Assembly (NCBI GenBank): GCA_049976425.1
Contig: JBMFIG010000002.1
Span: 1 to 64,000, forward strand
DNA length: 64,000 nucleotides
Direction of reading: 5' to 3'
DNA from: Thermoproteus sp.
GTDB lineage: Archaea > Thermoproteota > Thermoprotei > Thermoproteales > Thermoproteaceae
The notes beneath the pieces are model-generated. The model was not told the origin of the DNA. It saw only the letters and a list, made by a program, of their open reading frames with translations, and made no database searches. A program made the translations under genes and the position numbers. This document shows, piece by piece, positions 8,403 through 18,173 of the stretch; position 1 is the first letter of the stretch; each line of letters starts with the position of its first letter.

Positions 8403-9332
8403 GTGTTGCTGTTGTACGGCTTCGGCGGGGTCGGCAGGACGTTCGTCGACGTGGTGCTGTCCAGATCCGAGCTCAAGATATCTGCGGTATTCGACAGCAG
8501 AGGCGGCGTCGTGAAGTGCGGGGGCTTCGAGCGGCCCGAGATAGAGGCCTTGTTGAGAGCGCCGAGGGGCGGCGTGTCCAAGTCAGGCGTGGGCAAGCCG
8601 GCCTCCCTCGAGGAGGCCTTCAGATGCGCCGAGATACTGGTGGACGTCAGCCCGCCCAACTACGTGGACGGGGAACCCGCGCTGTCCGTGTACCGCTCCG
8701 CCCTAGGAGCCGGCCTCTCGATAGTCACAGCCAACAAGGCCCCGCTGGCCCTCCGCTTCGCGGAGTTCGAGGGGAGGCCGGTCTACTATAAGGCTACGGT
8801 GATGGCCGGCACGCCGGTGGTGGATCTGGCGCTGGGCCTCCGGGGGCAGAAGGCGCTGAGGATCCGCGGCATATTGAACGGGACCACCAACTACATCCTC
8901 AGCAGAGTCGACCTCGACGGCCTCAGCTTCGCCGAGGCCTTAGAGGAGGCGAAGGCGAAGGGATACGTCGAGCCTGACCCCGCCATAGATCTAGAGGGGG
9001 TGGACGCGGCCGCGAAGCTGGTCATCCTGGCCAACACCCTGGGCGCTAGGCTTTCCCTCGGCCAAGTGCGCCGCGAGCCTCTAAGACATCTAGGGCCTCG
9101 AACCAAATACGTGGCCGAGGCCGATCTGGAAGCCGGGACTGCCAGAGTGGCCCCGGTCCAGCTAAAGCCCGACGACCCCCTCCTCCTAGCCCGCTACACG
9201 ACCAACGCCGTTGAGATAGCCACGGAGGTCAACGAGGTGAGGGTATACGGCAAGGGGGCCGGCAGACTGGAGACCAGCCTAGCCCTACTAAACGACGTGT
9301 TGAGGGCCGCGAGGGAGCGGAGATGGAGATAG
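8403..9332 (+). CDS. hom: Homoserine dehydrogenase
   Basis: GFGGVG, VTANKAP, ATVMAGTP, GILNGTTNYIL, GYVEPDP..D..G.DAAAK and GKGAG. Confidence 0.95.
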   Translation: MLLLYGFGGVGRTFVDVVLSRSELKISAVFDSRGGVVKCGGFERPEIEALLRAPRGGVSKSGVGKPASLEEAFRCAEILVDVSPPNYVDGEPALSVYRSALGAGLSIVTANKAPLALRFAEFEGRPVYYKATVMAGTPVVDLALGLRGQKALRIRGILNGTTNYILSRVDLDGLSFAEALEEAKAKGYVEPDPAIDLEGVDAAAKLVILANTLGARLSLGQVRREPLRHLGPRTKYVAEADLEAGTARVAPVQLKPDDPLLLARYTTNAVEIATEVNEVRVYGKGAGRLETSLALLNDVLRAARERRWR

Positions 9333-10501
9333 GCGCGGTATATTCCGCCTTCCTCTACCTATCCCTATTGCTGTTCCTGGCGGCGGTCTTGAGGTATCTC
9401 TTGCGGAGGCTCAAGATACCTGGGCTCGTCGCGGGGATCGCGGCCGGGATGGTCCTAAGCCCGACGTTGCTGGGCGGCTTCCTAAACGGCATTATAGGCG
9501 CGCCTATCTTCCAACTGAACGACTACATAAAGTTCATGGCGGACTTCTCGGTGATCTTGATAATATTCGCGGCTGGCCTCGAGGAGGGGCTGGCGCCGCT
9601 TAGGTCGGCCGGCGCGCTCGGCGCCGCGGGCGCCGCGTTCGGCGCGTTGTTGCCGTTCGTAGCGGGCTACGTAGCCTACAGCGGATCTGTAGGTAGGGAC
9701 GCGGCGCTATATATGGGCGTAAGCCTCGGCGCGACTAGCCTGGCCGCCGCCTCGGCGATACTGCTAGAACGGGGAGCTAGGGGCAGGGGCGCCCGCTTCC
9801 TCACGGCCGCCGCGGCGATAGACGACGTCGTGGCGTTCCTCCTGCTTTCGGTAGTCAACGTGCTGATAGCGGCTGGACATCTATCGGTCGCCGAGCTGTT
9901 GGGCACAGTAGCGGTGTACGTAGCCGCGTGGATAGTCATATTGGCGTCCTCGCTGGCCATACTCAAACTTGTGGGGAGGAGGATTAGGGAGGAGTACTCC
10001 TACGAGTTCTCCCTGCTCGTGATATTCGGGCTGACGGCCGTCATGGTGGTCTTGGGCTTCTCGCCGATAATAGCGGCGTTCATCGCCGGGGTGGCCGTGG
10101 CCGAGGGCCTCAGCAAGGAGAATATAAAGAGGTTGACGGACGCGCTGCTGGAGGTCTTCGGCCCCATATTCTTCGTCGTGGTGGGCGCCGAGAGCGATCT
10201 GTCGAGCATAGGCGTCGGCGGCCTCGTCATGGGCCTGGCCCTAACCGCCATAGCCGTGGTCTTCAAGATGCTCGGCGTGTTTCCGTTCGCCTATCTCTAC
10301 ACGCGCGACGTGAAGGCGTCGGTCGCCATCTCGCTCGGGATGGTCCCTAGGGGAGAGACGGGGCTGGCCATAGCCACTCTGGGGCTGGAGGCAGGTATCT
10401 TGACCGGCGGGGAGTTCACGGCGGTGGTCCTGATGGGGCTTTTGACGACCGTGATAGGCGCCGTGGCGTTCTCCAGAGCGCAGAGCTGGCTCCAGGACTA
10501 G
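9323..10501 (+). CDS. Cation:proton antiporter (CPA2, Kef/NapA type)
   Basis: About 12 TM segments, ATS, AAAIDD and GMVPRGE. Confidence 0.9.
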   Translation: MEIGAVYSAFLYLSLLLFLAAVLRYLLRRLKIPGLVAGIAAGMVLSPTLLGGFLNGIIGAPIFQLNDYIKFMADFSVILIIFAAGLEEGLAPLRSAGALGAAGAAFGALLPFVAGYVAYSGSVGRDAALYMGVSLGATSLAAASAILLERGARGRGARFLTAAAAIDDVVAFLLLSVVNVLIAAGHLSVAELLGTVAVYVAAWIVILASSLAILKLVGRRIREEYSYEFSLLVIFGLTAVMVVLGFSPIIAAFIAGVAVAEGLSKENIKRLTDALLEVFGPIFFVVVGAESDLSSIGVGGLVMGLALTAIAVVFKMLGVFPFAYLYTRDVKASVAISLGMVPRGETGLAIATLGLEAGILTGGEFTAVVLMGLLTTVIGAVAFSRAQSWLQD

Positions 10502-11523
10502 GCCCAGAGTCCCGATTTCACCAACAGCTCAGCCGCCAATATCGCGTTGCCGGCGGCGCCCCTTATCGTGTTGTGGCCCAACGCGACGAACGCCAGCTTC
10601 CTAGGCGCGAGCTTCCTGATACGGCCGACGACTACCGACATCCCTCCGCCGGCCATTCTGTCGAGCCGGGGCTGAGGCCTATCTACGGCCCTTGTGGGGA
10701 TCACGGGCTGGGGAGGCGCCGTGGGGAGGCCGAGCTCTTGAGGAACGCCTCTGAATCTGGCCATGAGCTCGACCACGGCCTCCACGTCGAAGTCCTTCAC
10801 GGTATCTACGTAGACGGCCTCCGTATGTCCGTCGAGGACCGGGACGCGGGTCGTCGTGGCGTAGATCTCCAGATCTGCCTTGAAGATCTTCCTGGTCTCG
10901 TTGACTATCTTCTCCTCCTCCCCCTTGATATAGGGTATCAAGTTGTCGAGGATAGCCACCGAGGGTACGCCGGCGTAGCCCGCGCCGGTGACCGCCTGCA
11001 TGGTCACCACGTGTATCTTGGATACTCCGAACTCGTCGAGGACGGGCTTGAGCGGGAGGTCCAATATGGTCGTGCTGCAGTTCGGCTTCTTTATGATGAG
11101 GCCGTCCCAGCCGCGCCGCGCCCTCTGCTCCTTGACGAGGGACAGATCGTCGGGGTTCACCTCGGGTATCAGGAGAGGGACGTCGGGCTCGAGCCTCATG
11201 TTGCTGGAGTTGCTGACTACGACGTAGCCCCGCCTCGCCATCTCCGGCTCGACCCTGGCGGCCACCTCGGAGGGAAGCGCCGAGAATATCACGTCGACCT
11301 TAGGGAGGGAGTCGACGTCGAGCTTGTCTATCTTCAGCTCGGCGGCTTTCCTAGGCATGGGGGTCTCGAGCACCCAGTTTATCTCGCCGTATCTCCTCCC
11401 CGCGCTCCTCTCGGAGGCGGCGACGCCCACCAGCTCGAACCAGGGGTGGTCCGCCAGCAACTGCACGTAGCGTTGCCCGACCAGCCCAGTGGCGCCGACG
11501 ACGTACGCCTTCAGTTTATCCAT
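10498..11523 (-). CDS. asd: Aspartate-semialdehyde dehydrogenase
   Basis: VGATGLVGQ, PNCST, QAVTGAG, RVPVLDGH and HNTIRGAAG. Start moved to ATG 11523. Confidence 0.96.
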   Translation of the reverse strand: MDKLKAYVVGATGLVGQRYVQLLADHPWFELVGVAASERSAGRRYGEINWVLETPMPRKAAELKIDKLDVDSLPKVDVIFSALPSEVAARVEPEMARRGYVVVSNSSNMRLEPDVPLLIPEVNPDDLSLVKEQRARRGWDGLIIKKPNCSTTILDLPLKPVLDEFGVSKIHVVTMQAVTGAGYAGVPSVAILDNLIPYIKGEEEKIVNETRKIFKADLEIYATTTRVPVLDGHTEAVYVDTVKDFDVEAVVELMARFRGVPQELGLPTAPPQPVIPTRAVDRPQPRLDRMAGGGMSVVVGRIRKLAPRKLAFVALGHNTIRGAAGNAILAAELLVKSGLWA

Positions 11524-12503
11524 AGCAACTTCTCGAAGTAGGGCTTGACGAAGAGGTCGTGGGCCCACTTGGGAGGCATGGGCACCTGAGCGGCGAATCT
11601 GCTCACGTACTCGCCCCCGAGCTTCACGATCTCCTCCGCCTCCAGCCCCACGACGCAGGAGCCCTCGCCGCATCTGAGGACGACCTTATAGGGCGGCGGC
11701 GCGTAGAAGTTGCCTATGACGGTGCCCCTGCTCCAGTAGTTCCGCACCTCGACGTACATACCTCCCGAGACCGGCTCGAAGGTTCTGGGGTGGAAGTTCT
11801 TGGCGCCGAGCCTCGCGGCCTCCACGGCCTCCTCGACGGACATCATGGGGAGGATCTTGGCCTCGGGCACCTCCTGCGGATTGGCGGTCATCACGCCGGG
11901 CGAGTCCGTCACGAGCACCACTTGCCTATATCCGAGTAGCTTGGCGAGGAACGTCGCCGTGTAGTCGCTCCCGCCCCTCCCCACGGTCGTGAACCTGCCG
12001 TCTCTGGTCCTGCCTATGAACCCCGTCACGACAGCTATGCCCTCGTGCCCGTCTATCTCCGACGCCAGGCTGCGGTCCTCCAGAGGCCTCGCGTTGCCGA
12101 ACGAGTCGTCGGTGATTATCGGCGCAACGAAGAGCTTGCTGTCGAAGCCCATCCTCTTGAGCAACCCGTTCATTATCGTCGCGGATAGCCGCTCCCCGAA
12201 CGACATGAAGTAGTCCAGCACGTCCGGGCCCTCGGGGAGCTCCAGGGCGGCCCTCAGCTCCTTGAGGAGAGGCTCCACGCCGGATACGCCTAGCCTCTTC
12301 GCTATCTCCACGTGTATGTCCCGGATAGCCTCGTAGAGGCTCTCGTACCTGGTCTTGTAGAGCTCTATCAACATGTCGGTCACGCCCTTCACCGCCGAGA
12401 CGACCACGACAGGCGACTCGTAGGACGAGAGGAACTTGGCGGCCTCCACGAAATGTTGGGCGCTTCTGAGCAGAGACCCCCCTATCTTTACGACGGCCCT
12501 CAT
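11511..12503 (-). CDS. lysC: Aspartate kinase
   Basis: VVKIGGS, VVSA..GVTD, SFGERLS, GRGGSDYTA and GVMTANP; C-terminal regulatory region is short. Confidence 0.93.
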   Translation of the reverse strand: MRAVVKIGGSLLRSAQHFVEAAKFLSSYESPVVVVSAVKGVTDMLIELYKTRYESLYEAIRDIHVEIAKRLGVSGVEPLLKELRAALELPEGPDVLDYFMSFGERLSATIMNGLLKRMGFDSKLFVAPIITDDSFGNARPLEDRSLASEIDGHEGIAVVTGFIGRTRDGRFTTVGRGGSDYTATFLAKLLGYRQVVLVTDSPGVMTANPQEVPEAKILPMMSVEEAVEAARLGAKNFHPRTFEPVSGGMYVEVRNYWSRGTVIGNFYAPPPYKVVLRCGEGSCVVGLEAEEIVKLGGEYVSRFAAQVPMPPKWAHDLFVKPYFEKLLWIN

Positions 12504-13647
12504 CGGCTCAACACTGAGATGAGCTCTTCCTGGGACGCAACGGGGATGGTCCTCACCTCGACGACGTCGGGATCCTTGAGGGCGTGGCCTGTGACCACCG
12601 CGACGGTGATCCCGGGGAGGTCCAACGCGAGGGCGCCGGCCACGGAGGCAGCTCCGGCAGGCTCCGCGCCCAGCCCGTCCGCTCTGGCGAGGGCTAGCTG
12701 GGCCCTCAAGATGTCCGCGTCGTCGACCTCCACGAACATCCCGCCGGACTCCCTCACGGCTATAAAAGCCTTAACCCAATTGACGGGCTTCCCGATCCTT
12801 ATGGCCGACGCTATGGTGTTCGGCGACTCAACGAACAACGGGTTTTGCAACCCCTCACGCCAGGCGCGGGCCAGCGGCGCCGCGCCGGCCGCCTGGACCC
12901 CGATCATCCTCGGCAACTTGTTGCAGAGCCCGAGCTCTCCTAGCTCCCTAAAGCCCTTCCATATAGCATATATATTTCCGGCGTTCCCTACAGGGACCAC
13001 TATATTGTCGGGGCACCCCAGCTCCTCGTACACCTCGTAGGCGAGCGTCTTCTGGCCCTCCAGCCTCCACGGGTTGAAGCTGTTGAGGGGATACGCGTAC
13101 TTGGTGCCGTACTCCACGACGAGGCTAAGCGCCTTGTCGAAATAACCCTCGACGGCGAGGATCTCGGCGCCGTGCAGAGCCGCCTGCACGAGCTTCCCCC
13201 TGGCCACGTTCCCCCTGGGCAGAACCACATACGCCTTGAGGCCGGCCCTAGCCGCGTAGGCGGCGGCAGAGGCCGCGGTGTTGCCGGTCGACGCCACGAT
13301 GACCTTGTTAGCCCCCGCCTCCCTAGCCACAGTCACGCCTAGCGCCATCCCTCTGTCCTTGAAGCTACCGGTGGGGTTAGCCCCGTCGAATTTGACCCAG
13401 AGATTTCTCTTAAGCCGGGACTCCACCAACGGAGTCCTCCCCTCGCCCATAGTGACGCCTGCCTTCATGGGCAACATAGTGGCGTAGCGCCATATCCCCG
13501 AGCCCTTAGGCGCCCAGTACTTTCCCTTGACCACTACGTCCAGAAGGCCGCCGCATCTGGGGCATCTGAACAGCCTGAAATCGGGGCCGTACTCGGCCCC
13601 GCAGACGACGCACCTCAGGACAACTTCGTTATTGTCCCCGAAGGCAT
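12500..13647 (-). CDS. thrC: Threonine synthase; the 5' ATG is one base out of frame with the body
   Basis: GEGRTPL, NPTGSFKDRG, ASTGNT, EGQKT and PVGNAGN. The N-terminal Zn ribbon (CVVCG...CPRCGG) is in frame upstream of 13534 but has no in-frame start codon; ATG 13647 is in another frame. Confidence 0.88.
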
Positions 13648-13648
13648 A

Positions 13649-13674
13649 CCCGACGAAACGTCGGGCTATATAAA
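13649..13674 (-). promoter_or_regulatory. TATA box plus palindromic candidate operator of the thrC-lysC-asd operon
   Basis: Minus strand reads TTTATATA (13674-13667), then the perfect inverted repeat CCCGACG-N3-CGTCGGG (13649-13665), then the ATG. Confidence 0.55.
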
Positions 13675-13867
13675 CTTTGTCGCTATGTCGGGCTGTATTA
13701 CAACAGATATATATCGCGGTTGTTTGGCCCTTAGTATATCTAGATCGACTTAGAGGTAGATATACAATACGGACTATTTTACATTAAATATAAATAAATA
13801 TATTTTAATAAATCATATAAATCCTAGATATATAGAATATATTTTGGTGAATAGAGAACATATCGGG

Positions 13868-15460
13868 CTATCTACCGCCGCAGACCCATTTGGCCAGATC
13901 GCCTAACAGCGCCTGGTTATTGCCCAGCCTTACGAAGTCGGGGAGGAACGAGGTCACGGTGCCCACGACGGTCACGTTGCCTCTCTGCAACACCACGGCG
14001 TATCTGCCGGCGCCGAAGCCCAGGAGATGGGCGTCGACGTAGATGCCCACGCCGGAGCCCGATATGGCGGCCGGCGTGAAGAAGACGTAGTCTCCGTCGC
14101 CAAGCTCCGTAGAGTTGACGTATCTGGTCGACACGAACTGCCAGTTATCGGTCAAGGCCGTCAAGCCGGCGCTCGCGTTGTAGAGGTAGCCGTCCATCAC
14201 AACCATGCCGAAAGGCGTCAACAGCTCGTCTAGGTATGCGGGCAGTGGAGGGCTGGAGGTTATGTAGATAGAGCTGGCGAGCCGCGGGTCGTAGAAGACA
14301 AGCAGACGGCCGCCAGAAGCCGTGAAGGACTCTACGGCATCCACAGACGCCGAGGAGTAAGGCGACGACGGGTTGACGATTACGAGACCTGCGGCGTTCT
14401 TGAGCAAGCTCCTGAGATCGTTGCTGGTGGTCGCGAACGCGACGGTGCAGTTGTAGAGGACAAGCTTCGACGCAAGCGCCTGGACGAACTGCTCCGGGAT
14501 CAAGTTTCCGTGGCTGAGATCGAACAGGACGTATCTACCCACGGGCTTGACTTGGGATACGTTGAACTTAGGCACGCTTTGGTTTACGTCGAGTTGGACC
14601 GCGCCGGGGTATATGTAGAACACAGGGTTCAGCGTTGAGTTGGCCAGTAGCCCTAGAGGCACCTTCGCCTGCGTCATGGTCAGTCCGCTACAGTTCGGCG
14701 GAGATATGCCGAAGTAGGAATATATGGAGACGACCGAGTAGGAGGTCAGCCCAAGGGATCTAGCCATATCGGCCACGGCATCGGCCAGCCCCCCGATTTT
14801 GTCTATTAGGCCTATCCTCAACGCCTCCTGGGCTGTGAAGAGCCTCCCAGTCGCGAGCAGGTCGGCCGAGGCGTTGAGCCTATCGCCTCTGCTCTTGACC
14901 ACCACGGAGAGGAAGCTGGCGGCTGCCTGGTCCACGGAGTTGTAGTAGCCGAATAGGGACATGCCGAACAGCTTCTCGTAGCCCGACGGAAATATCTCGA
15001 GAGGTATCGGCGTCCAGAAGACGGCGGGGTTTATTACGGTCCAGGCGCCTATATTGCCCACGAGGGAGCCCGGGGACGCGTATATCTTCTCGGCGGCCAT
15101 GGAGACGTAGAAAGCCCCCGAGGCGTCGAGGCCGGAGACGACGGCGTATACGGGCTTGCCGAGGCCCTTAAGGGCGCCGTAGAGGGCCTCCGTGGCGTCC
15201 AGCGTGCCGCCGGGCGAATCTATATAGAGTATGATCCCGGCCACGTCGCTTGAGTTGAGCTTCAGTATATAGGGCAGTAGCGGGTCAACCCAACAGCTGG
15301 TGAGCGGCGCCGTGATCGGTATCACCACTATCCGCTCTTTCTGGGGCGGCGCCGCCAGCTGGACAGACCGCTGTTGTTGGGTGGCCACTATGACCAACAC
15401 AGCCGCCACGCTTATCGCGGCGAGTATTAGCGCCGCCAGAGCTGTTCTATCTTCGGCCAT
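13868..15460 (-). CDS. S49 (SppA-like) peptidase fused to a C-terminal extracellular alpha/beta domain
   Basis: N-terminal TM, IDSPGG, ASGAFY, GSLVGNIG, SGYEK and GLIDKIG. C-terminal VLFDLSHG...GGRLLV domain (DUF4350/GATase-like, inferred). Start moved to ATG 15460. Confidence 0.82.
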   Translation of the reverse strand: MAEDRTALAALILAAISVAAVLVIVATQQQRSVQLAAPPQKERIVVIPITAPLTSCWVDPLLPYILKLNSSDVAGIILYIDSPGGTLDATEALYGALKGLGKPVYAVVSGLDASGAFYVSMAAEKIYASPGSLVGNIGAWTVINPAVFWTPIPLEIFPSGYEKLFGMSLFGYYNSVDQAAASFLSVVVKSRGDRLNASADLLATGRLFTAQEALRIGLIDKIGGLADAVADMARSLGLTSYSVVSIYSYFGISPPNCSGLTMTQAKVPLGLLANSTLNPVFYIYPGAVQLDVNQSVPKFNVSQVKPVGRYVLFDLSHGNLIPEQFVQALASKLVLYNCTVAFATTSNDLRSLLKNAAGLVIVNPSSPYSSASVDAVESFTASGGRLLVFYDPRLASSIYITSSPPLPAYLDELLTPFGMVVMDGYLYNASAGLTALTDNWQFVSTRYVNSTELGDGDYVFFTPAAISGSGVGIYVDAHLLGFGAGRYAVVLQRGNVTVVGTVTSFLPDFVRLGNNQALLGDLAKWVCGGR

Positions 15461-15495
15461 GGCCACCACAACGATCTTTATAAAAAGCTTAGAGG

Positions 15496-16068
15496 CTACG
15501 CCTTGACGCGCCGCACGCCGAGCCAGACCAGGTAGCACTCCCTGTGCCCGAAGCGCTCCGCGTCGCCCACCTCGGCCGCCACCTCGCGCGGGGCAGGTCC
15601 CTTCAGGAAGATAATGTCGTCGTCATATCCGCATGTGGCTCTCAGGAGAACGTCCCTCGTCCTCTTGTCGAGCTCCCGCCATCGGTACCCCACATATCCG
15701 AGGGATCCGAAGAGGGCCTTGGCCGCCGCGTTGTCCTCTGTGGTAGTCGCGGCGTAGGCGTCGGCCTTGCAAACCCTCTCGACGGTCGTGACCAACGTCT
15801 TGCCCACGCCGCGTCCTCTATACTCCCTCAGCACCGCCACGTAGTAGTGTACGCAGAGATCCACGGCCAGCCTGATCTTGTAGAAGATCTCGGCGCCTAT
15901 CGGCCGGCCGCCGAGCAGGGCCACGGCCACGTCGCCCAAGCCGTCGGCCACCACGGCTCTGGCGTATTCCAGAGCTCTGCCGTATTCTCTGGCGAGTATG
16001 TCCAGAGCCTTTTCGAGATACCTCCTCCCTATCTCTACTACGGGACCTTGTGCCTCAGCCTCGACCAT
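15496..16068 (-). CDS. GNAT family acetyltransferase
   Basis: VAVLREYRGRGVGKTL (motif A) and N.AAKALF.SLGY. Confidence 0.85.
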   Translation of the reverse strand: MVEAEAQGPVVEIGRRYLEKALDILAREYGRALEYARAVVADGLGDVAVALLGGRPIGAEIFYKIRLAVDLCVHYYVAVLREYRGRGVGKTLVTTVERVCKADAYAATTTEDNAAAKALFGSLGYVGYRWRELDKRTRDVLLRATCGYDDDIIFLKGPAPREVAAEVGDAERFGHRECYLVWLGVRRVKA

Positions 16069-17441
16069 GAGAGCGCGGCGGCCAGCGCCATTATGATGGA
16101 GGAGGCGGTGAAGGCGGCGTGGAGGCTGGCCACGAAGGGCTCCATGTACTGGGGGCTCAACGTGGTCAGGCCGGCGAAGATCTGGAAAGCCACGTCGCGG
16201 GGCACGGCGGCCGACGAAACCGCTATTGCTATGGAGAAGCTCAAGACCATGCCGATATTGCCCAGAGTCCTCGACGTGCCCGACGCGGCGCCGTACCAGC
16301 GACGCGGCACGTCCCACATCACGAGCTTGCCGTTCGACGAGAAGAAAAGCGCCGCGCCTATGCCGTTGAGCGCAGATATGGCGGTCACTAAGTAGAGCGG
16401 TGTGTCGACCGCCAGCAGAGATCTAAACAACAGATAGGCCAAGATCTGGAGGCTCAAGCCCATCGACGCGACTATCCTAGGGTCGTGGGAGTCCGCCAGC
16501 CTTCCGCCGAAGGAGGCGGTCGCGCTGCCCAGCAGATATCCTGGGACCAGCCAGAGGGACGCGGTGAACGGGTCGAGCCCCCGCACTCCCTGTAGGTACA
16601 TGGTCAGGAGAAAGAGCGTGGCGTAGTTGGCGGTGGTCTGCAACATGAGCGAGATAGCGGATAGCGTGAAGAGCCTCGTCTTTATGAGGTCGGGCGGGAC
16701 TATGGGCTCGGCGGATCTCGTCTCGGCTAGGGCGAAGATCGCCAACAGCGCCGTGGCCGCGGCCGCCTCTAGGACCACAGACGTCGAGAGGCCGGCCCCG
16801 GCGTATTCCAGCCCAGCCAGCGAGTAGAGGGTCAGGGAAGCCCCTAGGAGGAGGGAGCCCGCCACGTCGAACCTCCTCCTGGTCCTTTCGCCGAGGTCTT
16901 CCAGATACCTGCGGCCCAGCACGAAGCCGGCCAGCGCTATGGGCACATTTATGTAGAAGTTCCAACGCCATCCCCAAAACGTCGTGATCAAGCCGCCCGC
17001 GAATATGCCCGCGACGGCGCCGAGGTTCCACACCGCGGAGGACCAGCCGAAGGCCCACCCCCTACGCTCAGGCGGGAAGTAGTCCGAGATCAACGCCATG
17101 GACGTGGCCGACATGAGGGCCCCGCCGACGGCTTGGACGACCCTAAAGGCGACGAGCTCCGCCGCGCTGGTCGAGGCCCCTACGAGGGCGCTCCCGAGCC
17201 CGAACAACAACATGCCTAGGTTGAACACTCTCGGCTTGCCCTCGAGATCGCCCAGCCTGCCCGCCTGCGTCGACAACACGGTGACGACCAATATGTAGGC
17301 TATTATAGCCCACACAACGGCGTCTAGGGGCGCGTGTAGGTCCTCCATCATGGCCGGAAGAGCCAGGACAACTATGGTCGCGTCTAAGGCCACCATCAAG
17401 CTCGACATCAGTATTATGGAGAAGGCGAGGCCGCGCCTCAC
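16038..17441 (-). CDS. MFS transporter, DHA2 (14-TM) type
   Basis: LDATIV.LALP, GRLGD..G, RVVQAVGGA and WRWNFYINVP. Confidence 0.92.
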   Translation of the reverse strand: MRRGLAFSIILMSSLMVALDATIVVLALPAMMEDLHAPLDAVVWAIIAYILVVTVLSTQAGRLGDLEGKPRVFNLGMLLFGLGSALVGASTSAAELVAFRVVQAVGGALMSATSMALISDYFPPERRGWAFGWSSAVWNLGAVAGIFAGGLITTFWGWRWNFYINVPIALAGFVLGRRYLEDLGERTRRRFDVAGSLLLGASLTLYSLAGLEYAGAGLSTSVVLEAAAATALLAIFALAETRSAEPIVPPDLIKTRLFTLSAISLMLQTTANYATLFLLTMYLQGVRGLDPFTASLWLVPGYLLGSATASFGGRLADSHDPRIVASMGLSLQILAYLLFRSLLAVDTPLYLVTAISALNGIGAALFFSSNGKLVMWDVPRRWYGAASGTSRTLGNIGMVLSFSIAIAVSSAAVPRDVAFQIFAGLTTLSPQYMEPFVASLHAAFTASSIIMALAAALSWSRLRHKVP

Positions 17442-17477
17442 GGCCCCGATATATCGGTCGGTCTATAAAAACTTATA

Positions 17478-18173
17478 TCAATCGATGCCGAGCAGGAACC
17501 GCGCGTCCACCACGTAGGCGCCCTTGCCCTCCTCGAGGGCTATGACGGGGTTCAGATCGGCCTCCCTTATGGCGGGGTTCTCGGACAACAGACGGGAGAA
17601 TTTGACAATTATATCGACTATCGCGTGTAGATCTCTCGGCGGAGTTCCGCGGTAGCCCGTCAACAGCCTATACGCCCTCACCTCCCTCAACATCTCCCAA
17701 GCGTCCTCCTCCTCGACCGGCACAAGCCTCATGGACACGTCTTTGTACAGCTCGGTCAATATGCCGCCTAGGCCGAACGCGAGCACGTGGCCGAAGATGT
17801 CGTCGTAGACGGCGCCTATTATGAGCTCGACGCCTTGAGGCACCATCCTCTGTATGAGGCAGCCCTCTATCTCCGCGTACGGCGCCCGCGCCTTGACCGA
17901 CTCCCTTATCTTGTTACACGCGGCGATCAGCTCGTCTCTGTTCGTCACGCCCAAGACGACGCCCCCCACGTCGGTCTTGTGGACTATCTGCCTCGATATC
18001 ACCTTAACTGCGACGGGATAGCCGATCCTCTCGGCGAGCGACACAGCCTCGTCCTCGTCCTTCGCTATGCCGTAGTCGGGCACAGGTATGGCGTATTTCC
18101 TCAACAGCTCGAAGGCCTCGTGCTCGTACAGCTTGTTCCTGCCCTCGGCCCTAGCCCTATCTACGACGCTCAT
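17478..18173 (-). CDS. acdB: Acetate-CoA ligase (ADP-forming), beta subunit
   Basis: ATP-grasp motifs GYPVAVK, HKTDVGGV, FGLGG..E.YKD and DLNP. Start moved to ATG 18173. Confidence 0.92.
   Translation of the reverse strand: MSVVDRARAEGRNKLYEHEAFELLRKYAIPVPDYGIAKDEDEAVSLAERIGYPVAVKVISRQIVHKTDVGGVVLGVTNRDELIAACNKIRESVKARAPYAEIEGCLIQRMVPQGVELIIGAVYDDIFGHVLAFGLGGILTELYKDVSMRLVPVEEEDAWEMLREVRAYRLLTGYRGTPPRDLHAIVDIIVKFSRLLSENPAIREADLNPVIALEEGKGAYVVDARFLLGID

Noticed and set aside
13700-13860. AT-rich spacer as a replication origin
   Set aside because: No ORB-like repeats or adjacent cdc6/orc1 gene seen, and similar AT-rich spacers occur at several promoters in the window.
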